Position numbers and translations under genes: made by a program
Notes under the pieces: generated by a model
Told to the model about the DNA's origin: nothing
Databases searched by the model: none
The model's input: only the letters and a program-made list of their open reading frames with translations
Part shown: positions 53,301 to 63,461 of the stretch, one piece after another
Numbering within the stretch: the stretch's first letter is position 1
How the letters are laid out: each line of letters opens with the position of its first letter
Assembly (NCBI GenBank): GCA_051546255.1
Contig: CP128816.1
Coordinates: 186,001 to 250,000, forward strand
Source: Meyerozyma guilliermondii
Taxonomy: Eukaryota
DNA: 64,000 bases
Direction of reading: 5' to 3'

Positions 53301-54645
53301 TGACAATCCTTCGATCTTCTTGGAAAGATATTTTGTGGTTCCCAATACTTTTCAATGCATCGATTTCTTCTTCCCACAATTGCTGCGAGTCGTCAACTGG
53401 ACCGACGTCTTTGGCTTGATATCCAATGAGCTTGCGAGTCAATCTTATGCTGGTCAAGAACTCATCGTTGTTGTGCTTTTCTAGCTCTGCAATAATCTCG
53501 TCGTTGTCAAATCCCGATTCCCCTAAACGTTTGAGCATATACTCAAGTTTTATATTGTGAGAGATTTTCAAAGACACAGCCGAGTCCTGGTCAGACTTGG
53601 CGAATATAGGCGGTAAGTCATCCTCGGGAATGTAGAAAATGAGCCATTCCAATGCTGAAGTGAATGTCAGGGTATATGTGAATGCCTCTTGAATATGCAG
53701 TGGTCTAAAACCTAAAGTTTCTAGAGTGGAAGATAAGTCAGAAGTCAGTGATTTCGCAGAGACTTCTGTCTTAGTGAGAACCCAGTCCATGTGGTGCTTA
53801 ATGGAGTCTTCAATGGATGCTCGTATCTCGGAACTGAAGTCAATGAATGGAGCACTTGCCCATACTTTCTTGGGAAACGAAGTTCTTGTTGTTTGTAATT
53901 GCTGTTGATTTACTGGTTTTGACGCTTTGGTAGGTGCTGGACCATCTTGCGACTTCAACTTGAGGTCTGAAGTTGGACGAGTGTTGCCTGATACAGTTCC
54001 TTTTTTGGGAAGTGAATTGGTAGGACCTATGCTGATCGTTGGTTTTTTCAACTTCAGTTCATTCTGTTGCTTCAAAAGACGTTCTTTCTCTCTCTTTTCC
54101 TTCTTCTCCCGCTTCTCTATAAATGCCGTAAACGGGTTGGCGTTAAATTTGAAATCATGTTCTTCTTTGTTCGTCTTCAAAAGCACCAATCGTTCTTTCT
54201 CCAAAGCCGTCCAATAGTCCCTAAAAATGATGGGTAACACCATTTTCATGTTCTTAACATGATTAATTCGGTGTAGCGTGTATGTGGCCACATAGTGACG
54301 AGCTTCATTGGTAGTTTCTTTAGGCTGATAAGTTTCTGGATCAGGTTGCATTCTCAACTTGATCAATTCTTTTGTCTTTGGGTTTTCCCAACTTAAATTG
54401 ACAATCCCAATGTACCCAGCCGACGTCTTCTTCATATCAAATATTACCTTGCCCCATTTCTGTTTTTGACAATGCTCATGTAGTAACGTTGCAGGTAACT
54501 TTCCTGTCCATCCAAAATTTTCACCAATTGCTAAACCACGCTGTGGTTTATTGGGATCAGGTGGAGAATCCTCATTCTTCTTTGATTTGGACACCAGATT
54601 ACTGGGCGGTGGCAGTGGATCTGGCTTTTTTGATTTTTTTGCCAT
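50380..54645 (-). CDS. DEAH/RHA RNA helicase with UBA and RWD domains (YLR419W/DHX57-like)
   Basis: GWTGKLP, GETGSGKSTQ, DEVHER, MSAT, TNVAETSITI, QRRGRSGR; ATG at 54645. Confidence 0.9.
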   Translation of the reverse strand: MAKKSKKPDPLPPPSNLVSKSKKNEDSPPDPNKPQRGLAIGENFGWTGKLPATLLHEHCQKQKWGKVIFDMKKTSAGYIGIVNLSWENPKTKELIKLRMQPDPETYQPKETTNEARHYVATYTLHRINHVKNMKMVLPIIFRDYWTALEKERLVLLKTNKEEHDFKFNANPFTAFIEKREKKEKREKERLLKQQNELKLKKPTISIGPTNSLPKKGTVSGNTRPTSDLKLKSQDGPAPTKASKPVNQQQLQTTRTSFPKKVWASAPFIDFSSEIRASIEDSIKHHMDWVLTKTEVSAKSLTSDLSSTLETLGFRPLHIQEAFTYTLTFTSALEWLIFYIPEDDLPPIFAKSDQDSAVSLKISHNIKLEYMLKRLGESGFDNDEIIAELEKHNNDEFLTSIRLTRKLIGYQAKDVGPVDDSQQLWEEEIDALKSIGNHKISFQEDRRIVNISLSPENISAGLFQVRLLRCDDYPNNLPGIQIIVADPSFKLAKYIKISILKQLLSYILENSFVGECMVYLIVEWLESNIASIIDNPGPLVSGSFASRSRVSASSKSKTKTKTTSRRPKANDINVEELAQKYQDLMKSSKMKSSISDRMRLPAWKKRERIVEAINSHKVTLITGETGSGKSTQAVQFMLDYMNSQGDFKSRIICTQPRRISTMGLAERISDERLSVVGKETGYIIRGENKTGPETRISFVTTGVLLRMLQSFLASNKDDESVFESLGYIFIDEVHERSVDSDFLLIVLKTVMSRFPDLKIVLMSATINIDTFNSFFGTKVNHIHIEGRTFPIKDYYLDSILDDLNFTIMSDDGEKLQPKADSRFFKLGNLNYDLIAQLCLKIASDSADSEGSFLIFLPGVMEINRTIRKIEELFSNNRMDCWCLPLHSALSPSEQKKVFLRPPKGARKIVVATNVAETSITIPDCVVVIDSGRSKSLFYDSQMDATKLVENWCSKAEVGQRRGRSGRITNGTCYHLYTTETQAQMLAQPIPEIMRTRLENLYLVVKSMGIDNVEAFLNSGIDPPDLSSLAKSLQLLTEMGALNEGNLTYLGKYLSYLPTDLPSGKLLILGCIFGCLDISLTLAAVSSSGSPFLNSFENRDKIKQVQSSFSKGHGDFIALAIAFDEYNMMRFKGQNTKKFIKDNYLSYLNLTTISSTREQFVSILKNIGFVPMSYNSRNKENISNLNRNSSNLTIVLAVLTGAYYPNVARVQYPEAKYFQSSVGAVAMDPDARLSKFWIRNENYEKDNDSSEELPASRAFIHPSSVLFDTSAEDIVSPDLKEFMDEEGNIDMAKARSGYKADLTPKVLLNSKALKAPFVVFGNSHFSTKLYIRELTPTSSLATVLLGGEISYDVAECLNTGRPSPGIVLDNWIPVRTWCKNGVLLKQLRLMLDRLIEEKLSNPESTIDTSSQDVLPIIEMVLTQ

Positions 54646-54791
54646 TTTTAATGTTGATAAAAAAAATGTACCACCATGATTCGCAATGCTGCAATATACC
54701 CTTAAGAGCGCTGGGCACAAAATACACCAGAGGATGACGTGGTGGCCTAGTGGCCGCGAATGTGCGAAACCCCCCTTAGTAAGGGTGTTGG

Positions 54792-54863
54792 GATGCGGTG
54801 GCTCAATGGTAGAGCTTTCGACTCCAGATCGAAGGGTTGCAGGTTCAATTCCTGTCCGTGTCA
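54792..54863 (+). tRNA. tRNA-Trp(CCA), intronless
   Basis: GATGCGG/CCGTGTC acceptor stem, A box TGGCTCAATGG, anticodon arm TTCGA-CTCCAGA-TCGAA, B box GGTTCAATTCC, downstream T-run terminator. Confidence 0.96.
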
Positions 54864-55016
54864 ATTCCTCTTTTTTTCTTTTTGGTGATTTTTTAAAATG
54901 AAGAGAAGCAGCTTGAGAAGTGTACGGCTTGAAGTGCAGCGGCTAGAAGTGGCGGCTCTTTGTCATAATCTATAATTAACACTATGTAACATACAATCGG
55001 AACTATAAACCAAACG

Positions 55017-56309
55017 CTATAAGGCTTGATAGGAAAGTTGAGAGTGGTCATTGGGCTCATTGATATCGAAGGTGTATGATTTAGCAAATGGGTTACTCAC
55101 AAGGCCGTCCAAGTTGTCTATTGATTCAAGATTAAGTGCGTTGGAGGGAAGATCATCATCAAGGTACGGGCTGTTTAGCGAAGTGAAGTCAATAGGGGCA
55201 CCATTAGTTGTACTATGGGGCATCTTCGACTCTTGCAGGGCTAATTGTGAAGGGTAATTTGTGGTGGATTGCGGTTCCAAAGATGGCGATGAATTTGAGG
55301 CACGAAGAGCAAGGGAAAATTCATTGCCGTTATTGGAAATAATGTTGTTATGGGCGTGGGAATGGTGATGGTGTGAATGGGTATTCTTTTGGATATGGCC
55401 GTGATTCTTCATTTTTTGATGCGAAGGCAGGTAGGGTCTAGTCAACGAAGAAGACCTTCGAAGTGAGGACCCGGACGATGTGAGGGTGGGTGAGTGTATT
55501 GTGTGGGTTTCGAGTTTATTTGTGAGCGATGTGACCGAGGAATTGCGTGGGGGAAGGTCGTTGGAGAAAAGCGAACCTGGTAGTTCAGGGTGATGATTCG
55601 ACGAGTTGTCCAAATCGTACTCCAGGTTTGAAGATTGTGGTGAGGGAATTCCACCCAATGCTGCCAGATTAACAAGCATTTGACGACCAAGCCGTGGCTC
55701 GAGTCCCATGGTGTCGAACGACGCAAGCAGTTGTTCGTCATCGAGGGAGCTTTCGCGAGAGATGGAGGTTTTGATCGGATGTGAGTCTGCGAGCGACACT
55801 TCATCGTCTTCTCTTTCGCGGCGATGGCGAGCAAATGCGCTTGCTGCCGCCTCTATACCCTTTTGGGATTGCGACAGCATAGTTGCTGCTATTATAGCAC
55901 CTTTTTCCCATTCTACAGGAAGGCTCGCAAGCAAACCCTTCTCCTTGATGAGATAGGTAACCACGTCATTTATGGGAATAGAGTCGGATTCTGGATCGTA
56001 TAATTCCTTGAGAAATGGGAGGTGGTTTTTGGAAAGCTGAACCATTTTTTCCAACGACTTTGTAAGAAGATCAAGGCGGGTTTCCAAGAGCTCTACGTAA
56101 CCAGACGGTGGCAGCTTATCCTTGGCTCTTCTTTTCTCCAGAAATACACAAATTTTATTGTCAGCAAGACATCTTCCACAAGGTTTTTTTCCATCACATT
56201 TGGTTTTTTTAATCCGACACAGGTCACACGCCTTGCCTACTCTTTTCTTTTTTAGGTGTGATTGACTATCATGATCCTCAGGCGAGGAAGGCTCCGCATG
56301 GGAGTACAT
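55017..56309 (-). CDS. FCR1: Zn(II)2Cys6 transcription factor, Fcr1-like
   Basis: RVGKACD(S)[41 protein letters not shown]; first ATG at 56309. Confidence 0.75.
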   Translation of the reverse strand: MYSHAEPSSPEDHDSQSHLKKKRVGKACDLCRIKKTKCDGKKPCGRCLADNKICVFLEKRRAKDKLPPSGYVELLETRLDLLTKSLEKMVQLSKNHLPFLKELYDPESDSIPINDVVTYLIKEKGLLASLPVEWEKGAIIAATMLSQSQKGIEAAASAFARHRREREDDEVSLADSHPIKTSISRESSLDDEQLLASFDTMGLEPRLGRQMLVNLAALGGIPSPQSSNLEYDLDNSSNHHPELPGSLFSNDLPPRNSSVTSLTNKLETHTIHSPTLTSSGSSLRRSSSLTRPYLPSHQKMKNHGHIQKNTHSHHHHSHAHNNIISNNGNEFSLALRASNSSPSLEPQSTTNYPSQLALQESKMPHSTTNGAPIDFTSLNSPYLDDDLPSNALNLESIDNLDGLVSNPFAKSYTFDINEPNDHSQLSYQAL

Positions 56310-57771
56310 ACTTAAACCAGAATAGATACCGGGGGCATAACTAATCAGAGGGGCGCGAGGCTGCTTTATACTACATGGTAAGTGCAGGAAAACTAACATT
56401 AGTGCGATATTTTCGGTGCCGGGCCGATGACCTCGAGCAAAGGAACGGGGACGGTCACGATTGCAAAATAGATCTGGATGAAGTCGGTGAAGTGAATTCG
56501 AGGTACCTATTTGGCCGAAACAATGTTAAGAAAATGCTGGGTCTGCGGCTGATTTTTGCAGCCATGCATGGCGTCACAATCGTTCGAAATCGTGTTTGGT
56601 AGTCGTATATACCATATGCTATTGTTATAGTGGCGCCCCAGTTTGCAAGTAAACGGTCAACACCTAAACCTTCGCAAGGCTGATCCGAGCAGTAGCCGGC
56701 GGTTCGGCCGACAGCCGGATGCGGCTGCCCGGCACGGAAGCAACGGGCGTAGAACCCGATCGCAGCCGTACACCACAGCGATTTGCACCCACTTTTATGC
56801 GGTATATATGCGCAGAAAAGAAAGGTTGCATCCAGACTTAGATTCGCCCACATTTTGCCCGCATTCTACGCAAGTTGTAGCGGAGGCTCAATTGGCTTGC
56901 AGTTGGGGTTGCCCGTCTATGCATGTACAGAAAATATTAGATAATATTTGAGGGTCTAGGTTCTAACAATGAACCAGCCAATGTTTAATGTATTATTGCT
57001 CATTGCTCAATTGGGATTGTGCATAGGGGCTGGATAAAATCGATCTTTGTTTGGGTTGAGCCGTACGCCGAGAAAATAGACAGAAATAGACAAGAAAATA
57101 GACTAGCCGTGAAGTTTAATATTGGCAAAGACTAAAGTGAGACATTTCAGCTTACAGCTTAATGCAATTTCCTTCTGCCGTATTCTTCGTGCCTTGCATG
57201 ACAAATAGTACATACCATTACTCAATTGGGAAGCTGGTGCGCTGAGCAGTTTTGTCCATATACGTATATGGCTATAATTACGACAGAAAAGTGCGAAAAA
57301 GATCGGCACTTTTTTTCATTTTTGAGACATGCTTGGTTGCCCGTTTAGCCGGATTGGGCCAGATTGAGCCAGATTGAACCGGATAAAATAGGAGAATACC
57401 CATGGGACTGCACACAAGAAACGGCATATAATTCAACATATTCGACTGCACACAACCCACGCCTGCACAACGCACACCGCTCTGAACAGGCACCAAACAC
57501 CGATCCCCACCAGCACACCCGTCCATCCGCCATGCAGGCATTGCTCCGCGGTTGGCACCAACCCGACGCAACCAAGGGATCTGCAGCGATGATGCAGCAA
57601 CGATCTGATTAATTGACGCACCATTGATGCATAGCTCAAAATTATTGATGCAATTGACCCCTATTTTGCATCATTTGATGCATTAATCATGCTCCCATAG
57701 ACGCACAATTCGCATCTGACCCCTCAGGTGGTGCCACCCTCCTTGCATCCGCACTTATACCACACTACGCG

Positions 57772-58881
<1,110 letters not shown>

Positions 58882-59194
58882 CTAGCCTCGGACGGCAGCT
58901 CGGACTATAAATTGTAGTTTCCCATGAAGCACCATATGTGAAAAGGTAGTTGTTCAATGAATGATTGCAAACGAAGTGTAGAAAAAAACGTAGAAGTCGG
59001 TTTAATAGCGACATGCCATTTCTGAAATACTTAGCTACTGAGCTTAACCTATTGTTGACTATACCTATAGTTTCTCTGTCTCTTCACAATTTCACGTTCA
59101 ATTTTAATTTTCACTATTTCAATTTCTATCTTCATTCCTCATTCTCTATTTTCTCTCATCTCCACAATTCACAAATTCAGCGCGCGTTGTTTTT

Positions 59195-59920
59195 ATGGAC
59201 CATCTACGCAACCGCCAGTTCGGTCTCTATACCAGCAACAGAACATTTCCAGCTCTAGACGAAACTCACAAGCGTCACATAAGTCATAATCTAGCAGCGT
59301 ATTTATACTCGGAGCATTCTAATAGGTCCTCAGACAAAATAATTTACAATTCACCTCATGATATAGTGTCAGATATCTCGGTAACTTTTCGATCAGATTT
59401 GGTGAATTCGCTTCAAATCACAACAATTACCGTGAGCCATCCCGATACCTTGTTGTCAACACCACAGCAGGTGATTTTCGTCACAGAAAATGAAAAAACC
59501 GTCGTTTTGATTTCTGGAACTCGGCCGTTTGCAACTATATTTGTCCAAATTCTCGAACTGGCTTCGATATCGCCACCAATAATGATCCATAGACTCACGC
59601 TTACACCGAGTACACTTCTCAGTACTTTGGAAGAATTAGAAGCGGATGATGTGAATTTGGTGTATACCGTAAAGACGACCAATGATGCTCTCCGGCTGAT
59701 AAAAGTGTCGGTACCCGAAAAGGATTTCCGGGCATTGAAAGACTCAGGATCGGTAGCAGAGTCGCTCCAGGATTATTTGCACCGAACGTCAGGTATCAGG
59801 TTTTCAAAATTGGGTTTGACACTGATATCATGTTCACAGGTTCTCGTGCTGCGGACCCGAGTGAGTATGGCTCATCCTGAAAAAATTGTTCCGGTGATAA
59901 TGAGGGGGGTAGATAAGTGA
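59195..59920 (+). CDS. Hypothetical protein, possibly CENP-L/Fta1/Iml3-like kinetochore subunit
   Basis: ATG-initiated 241-aa ORF; C-terminal LQDYLHRTSGIRFSKLGLT(S)ISC resembles the CENP-L C-terminus. Confidence 0.5.
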   Translation: MDHLRNRQFGLYTSNRTFPALDETHKRHISHNLAAYLYSEHSNRSSDKIIYNSPHDIVSDISVTFRSDLVNSLQITTITVSHPDTLLSTPQQVIFVTENEKTVVLISGTRPFATIFVQILELASISPPIMIHRLTLTPSTLLSTLEELEADDVNLVYTVKTTNDALRLIKVSVPEKDFRALKDSGSVAESLQDYLHRTSGIRFSKLGLTLISCSQVLVLRTRVSMAHPEKIVPVIMRGVDK

Positions 59921-60294
59921 GAGAAGTAAGGGTGAATGAGTAGAGGGAAGGAGTGAGGGAATTAGAGTCAAAAGTGAGAAAAAAGGTGCTTTCTTTAGAG
60001 GTGAAATTGAAAGTGAATAAGGACGGAACGAAGAAAGAAAGATTTTCTTAGGATGTTTTAGGTTTGTTGGTATGTTGGTTCCATTATTCCTTTGGTTGGA
60101 ACATACTTTTAATCAGTGAAGGATTGAACGGTTGTTGCAACCTTCTTATCCTGCACATTATGAAACTGTGCAAACTGCAAAATGAGATTTAACTACCAAC
60201 CACCACATTCAAACACTAAACAATAAGCTTTTTGGTCGTTTCCCATTCCGTTTCGTTTTCACTTTTCTGGCAATTTCTCATCTTTCATGTTCAC

Positions 60295-60331
60295 TTCCAT
60301 TTCCATTTCCAACTCCATTTCCATCTCCACC
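60295..60331. repeat. Imperfect (TTCCAT)n hexamer repeat in the PMT2 promoter
   Basis: ttccatttccatttccaactccatttccatctccacc. Confidence 0.6.
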
Positions 60332-60437
60332 TTCACGCTCCCTCTTGCAGTCGCGCTGAAATTTCCCTGCACACTCCCACCGCGCGCACTTTCGCCCGCA
60401 CCATTTAACACGTCGCGATTTTTCATAACTCAGTATC

Positions 60438-62693
60438 ATGTCGACCGGTGTGAGTACTGGAGACCAGAACGGGCTCCGGTTTCGTGGTAAACGACCCAAG
60501 GTGTCTGGAGTGAATAACTCAGGTGAAGAACCTCACAATGATCTTGGAGATGACTCGTTTGTATCGGGTCTTGCTCAATTGGAGAAGATCTTGGCACCAA
60601 TAATCTTTACGATTTTGTCGTTTGGCGTCCGGTTGTATCGTATTGGACTCAATGCTTCGGTGGTGTGGGACGAGGCTCACTTTGGAAAGTTTGGCTCGTA
60701 TTATTTGCGTCATGAGTTCTACCATGATGTCCATCCTCCATTGGGTAAAATGTTGATTGGTTTATCCGGCTATCTTGCCGGCTATAATGGTTCATGGGAT
60801 TTCCCATCGGGCACAGACTACCCTGAGTACATCGACTACACCAAAATGCGGATTTTCCAGGCGATTTTCTCATCTTTGTGTGTTCCTTTTGCATACTACA
60901 CCATGAAGGAAATTGGTTACTCGGTGGCTACAACTTGGCTTTTCACGTTGATGGTATGCTTTGAGTTGTCTTACGTGACTCTCGGAAAGTTCATCCTTTT
61001 GGATTCAATGCTTTTGTTTTTCACGGTTGCTACCGTGTTTTGCTTCGTTAGATTTGACTCGTTCAACCAAAAGACACCTTTCACTCGTAAATGGTGGAAA
61101 TGGTTGTTGTTGACGGGTATCTCCATTGGATGCACCTGTTCCGTGAAGATGGTAGGATTGTTTGTCACTTCTTTGGTGGGAATTTACACTGTTGTGGACT
61201 TGTGGAACAAGTTTGGAGACAAGTCCATTTCTTGGGGAAAATACTCTCAACACTGGATGGCTAGAATTTTGGCCCTTATTATTGTCCCATTTCTGATTTT
61301 CCTCCTTTCCTTCAAGGTTCACTTTGACTTGTTATACCGCACCGGTACTGGTGACGCCAACATGTCATCGTTGTTCCAAGCTAATTTAGAAGGCTCAGAC
61401 GTTGGAGGGGGCCCTCGTGAAGTCACCATCGGACACTCCGTCGTTACTCTCAAGAATCAGGGTTTGACTGGAGGATTGTTACACTCTCACGTGCAGGGCT
61501 TCCCAGAGGGATCTAAGCAACAGCAGGTTACCACATACTCCCACAAGGACTCTAACAATAACTGGATCTTCCAGCATGCAAGAGGACAGCCAATTTATGA
61601 CTCTGATACCTCGGAAGAAATCGAATATGTCGTGGATGGTATGTTGGTGAGATTAGTTCATCCTCAAACCGGCCGCAATTTGCACACCCACGATGTGCCA
61701 GCTCCAATTTCAAAGGGAGAGTACGAAGTGGCCGGATACGGTAACCTCACCATAGGTGACTACAAGGACAATTGGGTTGTGGAGATTATGGAACAGTCGG
61801 GTAATGAGGATAAGCAGAGATTGCACCCATTGTCGTCGTCTTTCCGTCTCCGTAGTCCCGTCATGAACTGTTATTTGGGAGTCACTGGCAACTCACTTCC
61901 AGCTTGGGGTTTCCGTCAGGGTGAAGTTGTATGCTACAAGAACCCATTCAAGAAGGACAAGCGTACTTGGTGGAACATAGAGAACAATGATAACAAATTA
62001 CTTCCACCACCTCCAGAGGACTTTAAGCTTCCCAAGACAAGATTTATTAAGGATTTCATCCAAATAAACTTGGCCATGATGGCCACCAACAACGCTTTGG
62101 TCCCCGATGAGGAGAAACAGGATGATCTTGCATCGGAGGCATGGGAATGGCCCACTCTCCACGCCGGTATCCGTATGTGTGGATGGGGACCAGACAAGCC
62201 CAAATACTACATGATTGGATCTCCCGCTACAACTTGGCCCTCTACAGTCGGAGTGTTGGCATTCTTCTTTGTTGTTCTTTACTACTTGATACGTTGGCAA
62301 AGACAAATTGAAGACTTCCCACGGACTAGAAAACTTCAGTTAAGACAATTTGTTATGGGAGGAATCTACCCCATGTTAGGATGGGGTCTTCATTTTGCAC
62401 CATTTGTGATTATGGGAAGAGTTACCTACGTGCATCACTATGTTCCCGCATTGTACTTTGCAATGCTTGTTTTCTGCTACGAGTTTGAACTGTTCACAGA
62501 GCCTTTGCGCAAATCAAGAAACTTGATTTGGAGATTGGTTTACTGGGCCATTGTCATTGGCTGTTACATTGCTGTTGTCGGTGTCTTTTGGCACTGGCGC
62601 CACATCGCCTTTGGTCTTCTTGGAGACAAAGAGCAATATGCCTACCTCGATCTCTTGCCATCCTGGAGGATTGGCAACGACAATTACCGTTGA
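60438..62693 (+). CDS. PMT2: Dolichyl-phosphate-mannose:protein O-mannosyltransferase, PMT2 subfamily
   Basis: [30 protein letters not shown] domains, GRVTYVHHY. Confidence 0.93.
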   Translation: MSTGVSTGDQNGLRFRGKRPKVSGVNNSGEEPHNDLGDDSFVSGLAQLEKILAPIIFTILSFGVRLYRIGLNASVVWDEAHFGKFGSYYLRHEFYHDVHPPLGKMLIGLSGYLAGYNGSWDFPSGTDYPEYIDYTKMRIFQAIFSSLCVPFAYYTMKEIGYSVATTWLFTLMVCFELSYVTLGKFILLDSMLLFFTVATVFCFVRFDSFNQKTPFTRKWWKWLLLTGISIGCTCSVKMVGLFVTSLVGIYTVVDLWNKFGDKSISWGKYSQHWMARILALIIVPFLIFLLSFKVHFDLLYRTGTGDANMSSLFQANLEGSDVGGGPREVTIGHSVVTLKNQGLTGGLLHSHVQGFPEGSKQQQVTTYSHKDSNNNWIFQHARGQPIYDSDTSEEIEYVVDGMLVRLVHPQTGRNLHTHDVPAPISKGEYEVAGYGNLTIGDYKDNWVVEIMEQSGNEDKQRLHPLSSSFRLRSPVMNCYLGVTGNSLPAWGFRQGEVVCYKNPFKKDKRTWWNIENNDNKLLPPPPEDFKLPKTRFIKDFIQINLAMMATNNALVPDEEKQDDLASEAWEWPTLHAGIRMCGWGPDKPKYYMIGSPATTWPSTVGVLAFFFVVLYYLIRWQRQIEDFPRTRKLQLRQFVMGGIYPMLGWGLHFAPFVIMGRVTYVHHYVPALYFAMLVFCYEFELFTEPLRKSRNLIWRLVYWAIVIGCYIAVVGVFWHWRHIAFGLLGDKEQYAYLDLLPSWRIGNDNYR

Positions 62694-62817
62694 TATAAAA
62701 TACACATTACAGAGCGAACCTGGACTAAATCAACTGGGGTACAGGACATAGTGCGGGTGCACCGGTGTCCATTAGTAACACTTTCCTGACCAATCTCTCT
62801 CTTCTGTATCAAACACC

Positions 62818-63417
62818 ATGTTTGCAAATGTAGCTAAACGACAAATTTTCCAAGTTTCCTTCTGCTCACGGTGTCTCCTACGCCAGAGGATACCACCACT
62901 ATCATTTCGTGCCAATCTGACCCTGACAAGATCATTAAAACCTTCCTCATTTTCATTCCCCAGCAAAGATCAACCTGTGTCTGATTTCAACGTGACCAAG
63001 CTTACACATGGCAAGACAGACCTTGAAATAGCGCTTACGGAGAGAGCATCGAAAAAGTTGTGTCAAATTGCAAAAGAAGACAAGAATCCAAGAACAGCTT
63101 TACGCATACTTGTTGAAAGTGGAGGATGTCACGGATTCCAATACAATTTAAATTTGACTACTATAGACGACGCCGTAGCTGAAAATCCGGAAATGTTGGT
63201 TTTCCAGCGACAGACTGACGATGGTGTTGCAAATTTGGCTATCGATGAGTCCTCGCTCGAAATTCTTCAAGAGTCGAAAATCGACTATACAAAGGAGTTG
63301 ATAGGAAGCTCATTCAAGGTGGTTGAGTCGCCCTACACGTCCACCGAGTGTGGGTGCGGAGCATCGTTCGACTTTGACTTTGACAAGTTGGAGAAGAAAA
63401 AGCAACAGAAGAAATAG
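62818..63417 (+). CDS. ISA2: Mitochondrial A-type Fe-S cluster assembly protein
   Basis: VESGGCHGFQY, ELIGSSF, CGCGASF. Confidence 0.92.
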   Translation: MFANVAKRQIFQVSFCSRCLLRQRIPPLSFRANLTLTRSLKPSSFSFPSKDQPVSDFNVTKLTHGKTDLEIALTERASKKLCQIAKEDKNPRTALRILVESGGCHGFQYNLNLTTIDDAVAENPEMLVFQRQTDDGVANLAIDESSLEILQESKIDYTKELIGSSFKVVESPYTSTECGCGASFDFDFDKLEKKKQQKK

Positions 63418-63461
63418 TATATCATCTCCTAGTACATACACACTCTACATATCATTATACA

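Noticed and set aside
54646..54864. N-terminal extension of the helicase ORF in the track (MTRTGIEPATLRSG...)
   Set aside because: It is the reverse complement of the tRNA-Trp gene; the real start is the ATG at 54645.
56378..56402. GTAAGT...ACTAAC..TAG mini-intron-like string on the + strand
   Set aside because: Only about 25 nt, too short to splice, and antisense to FCR1.
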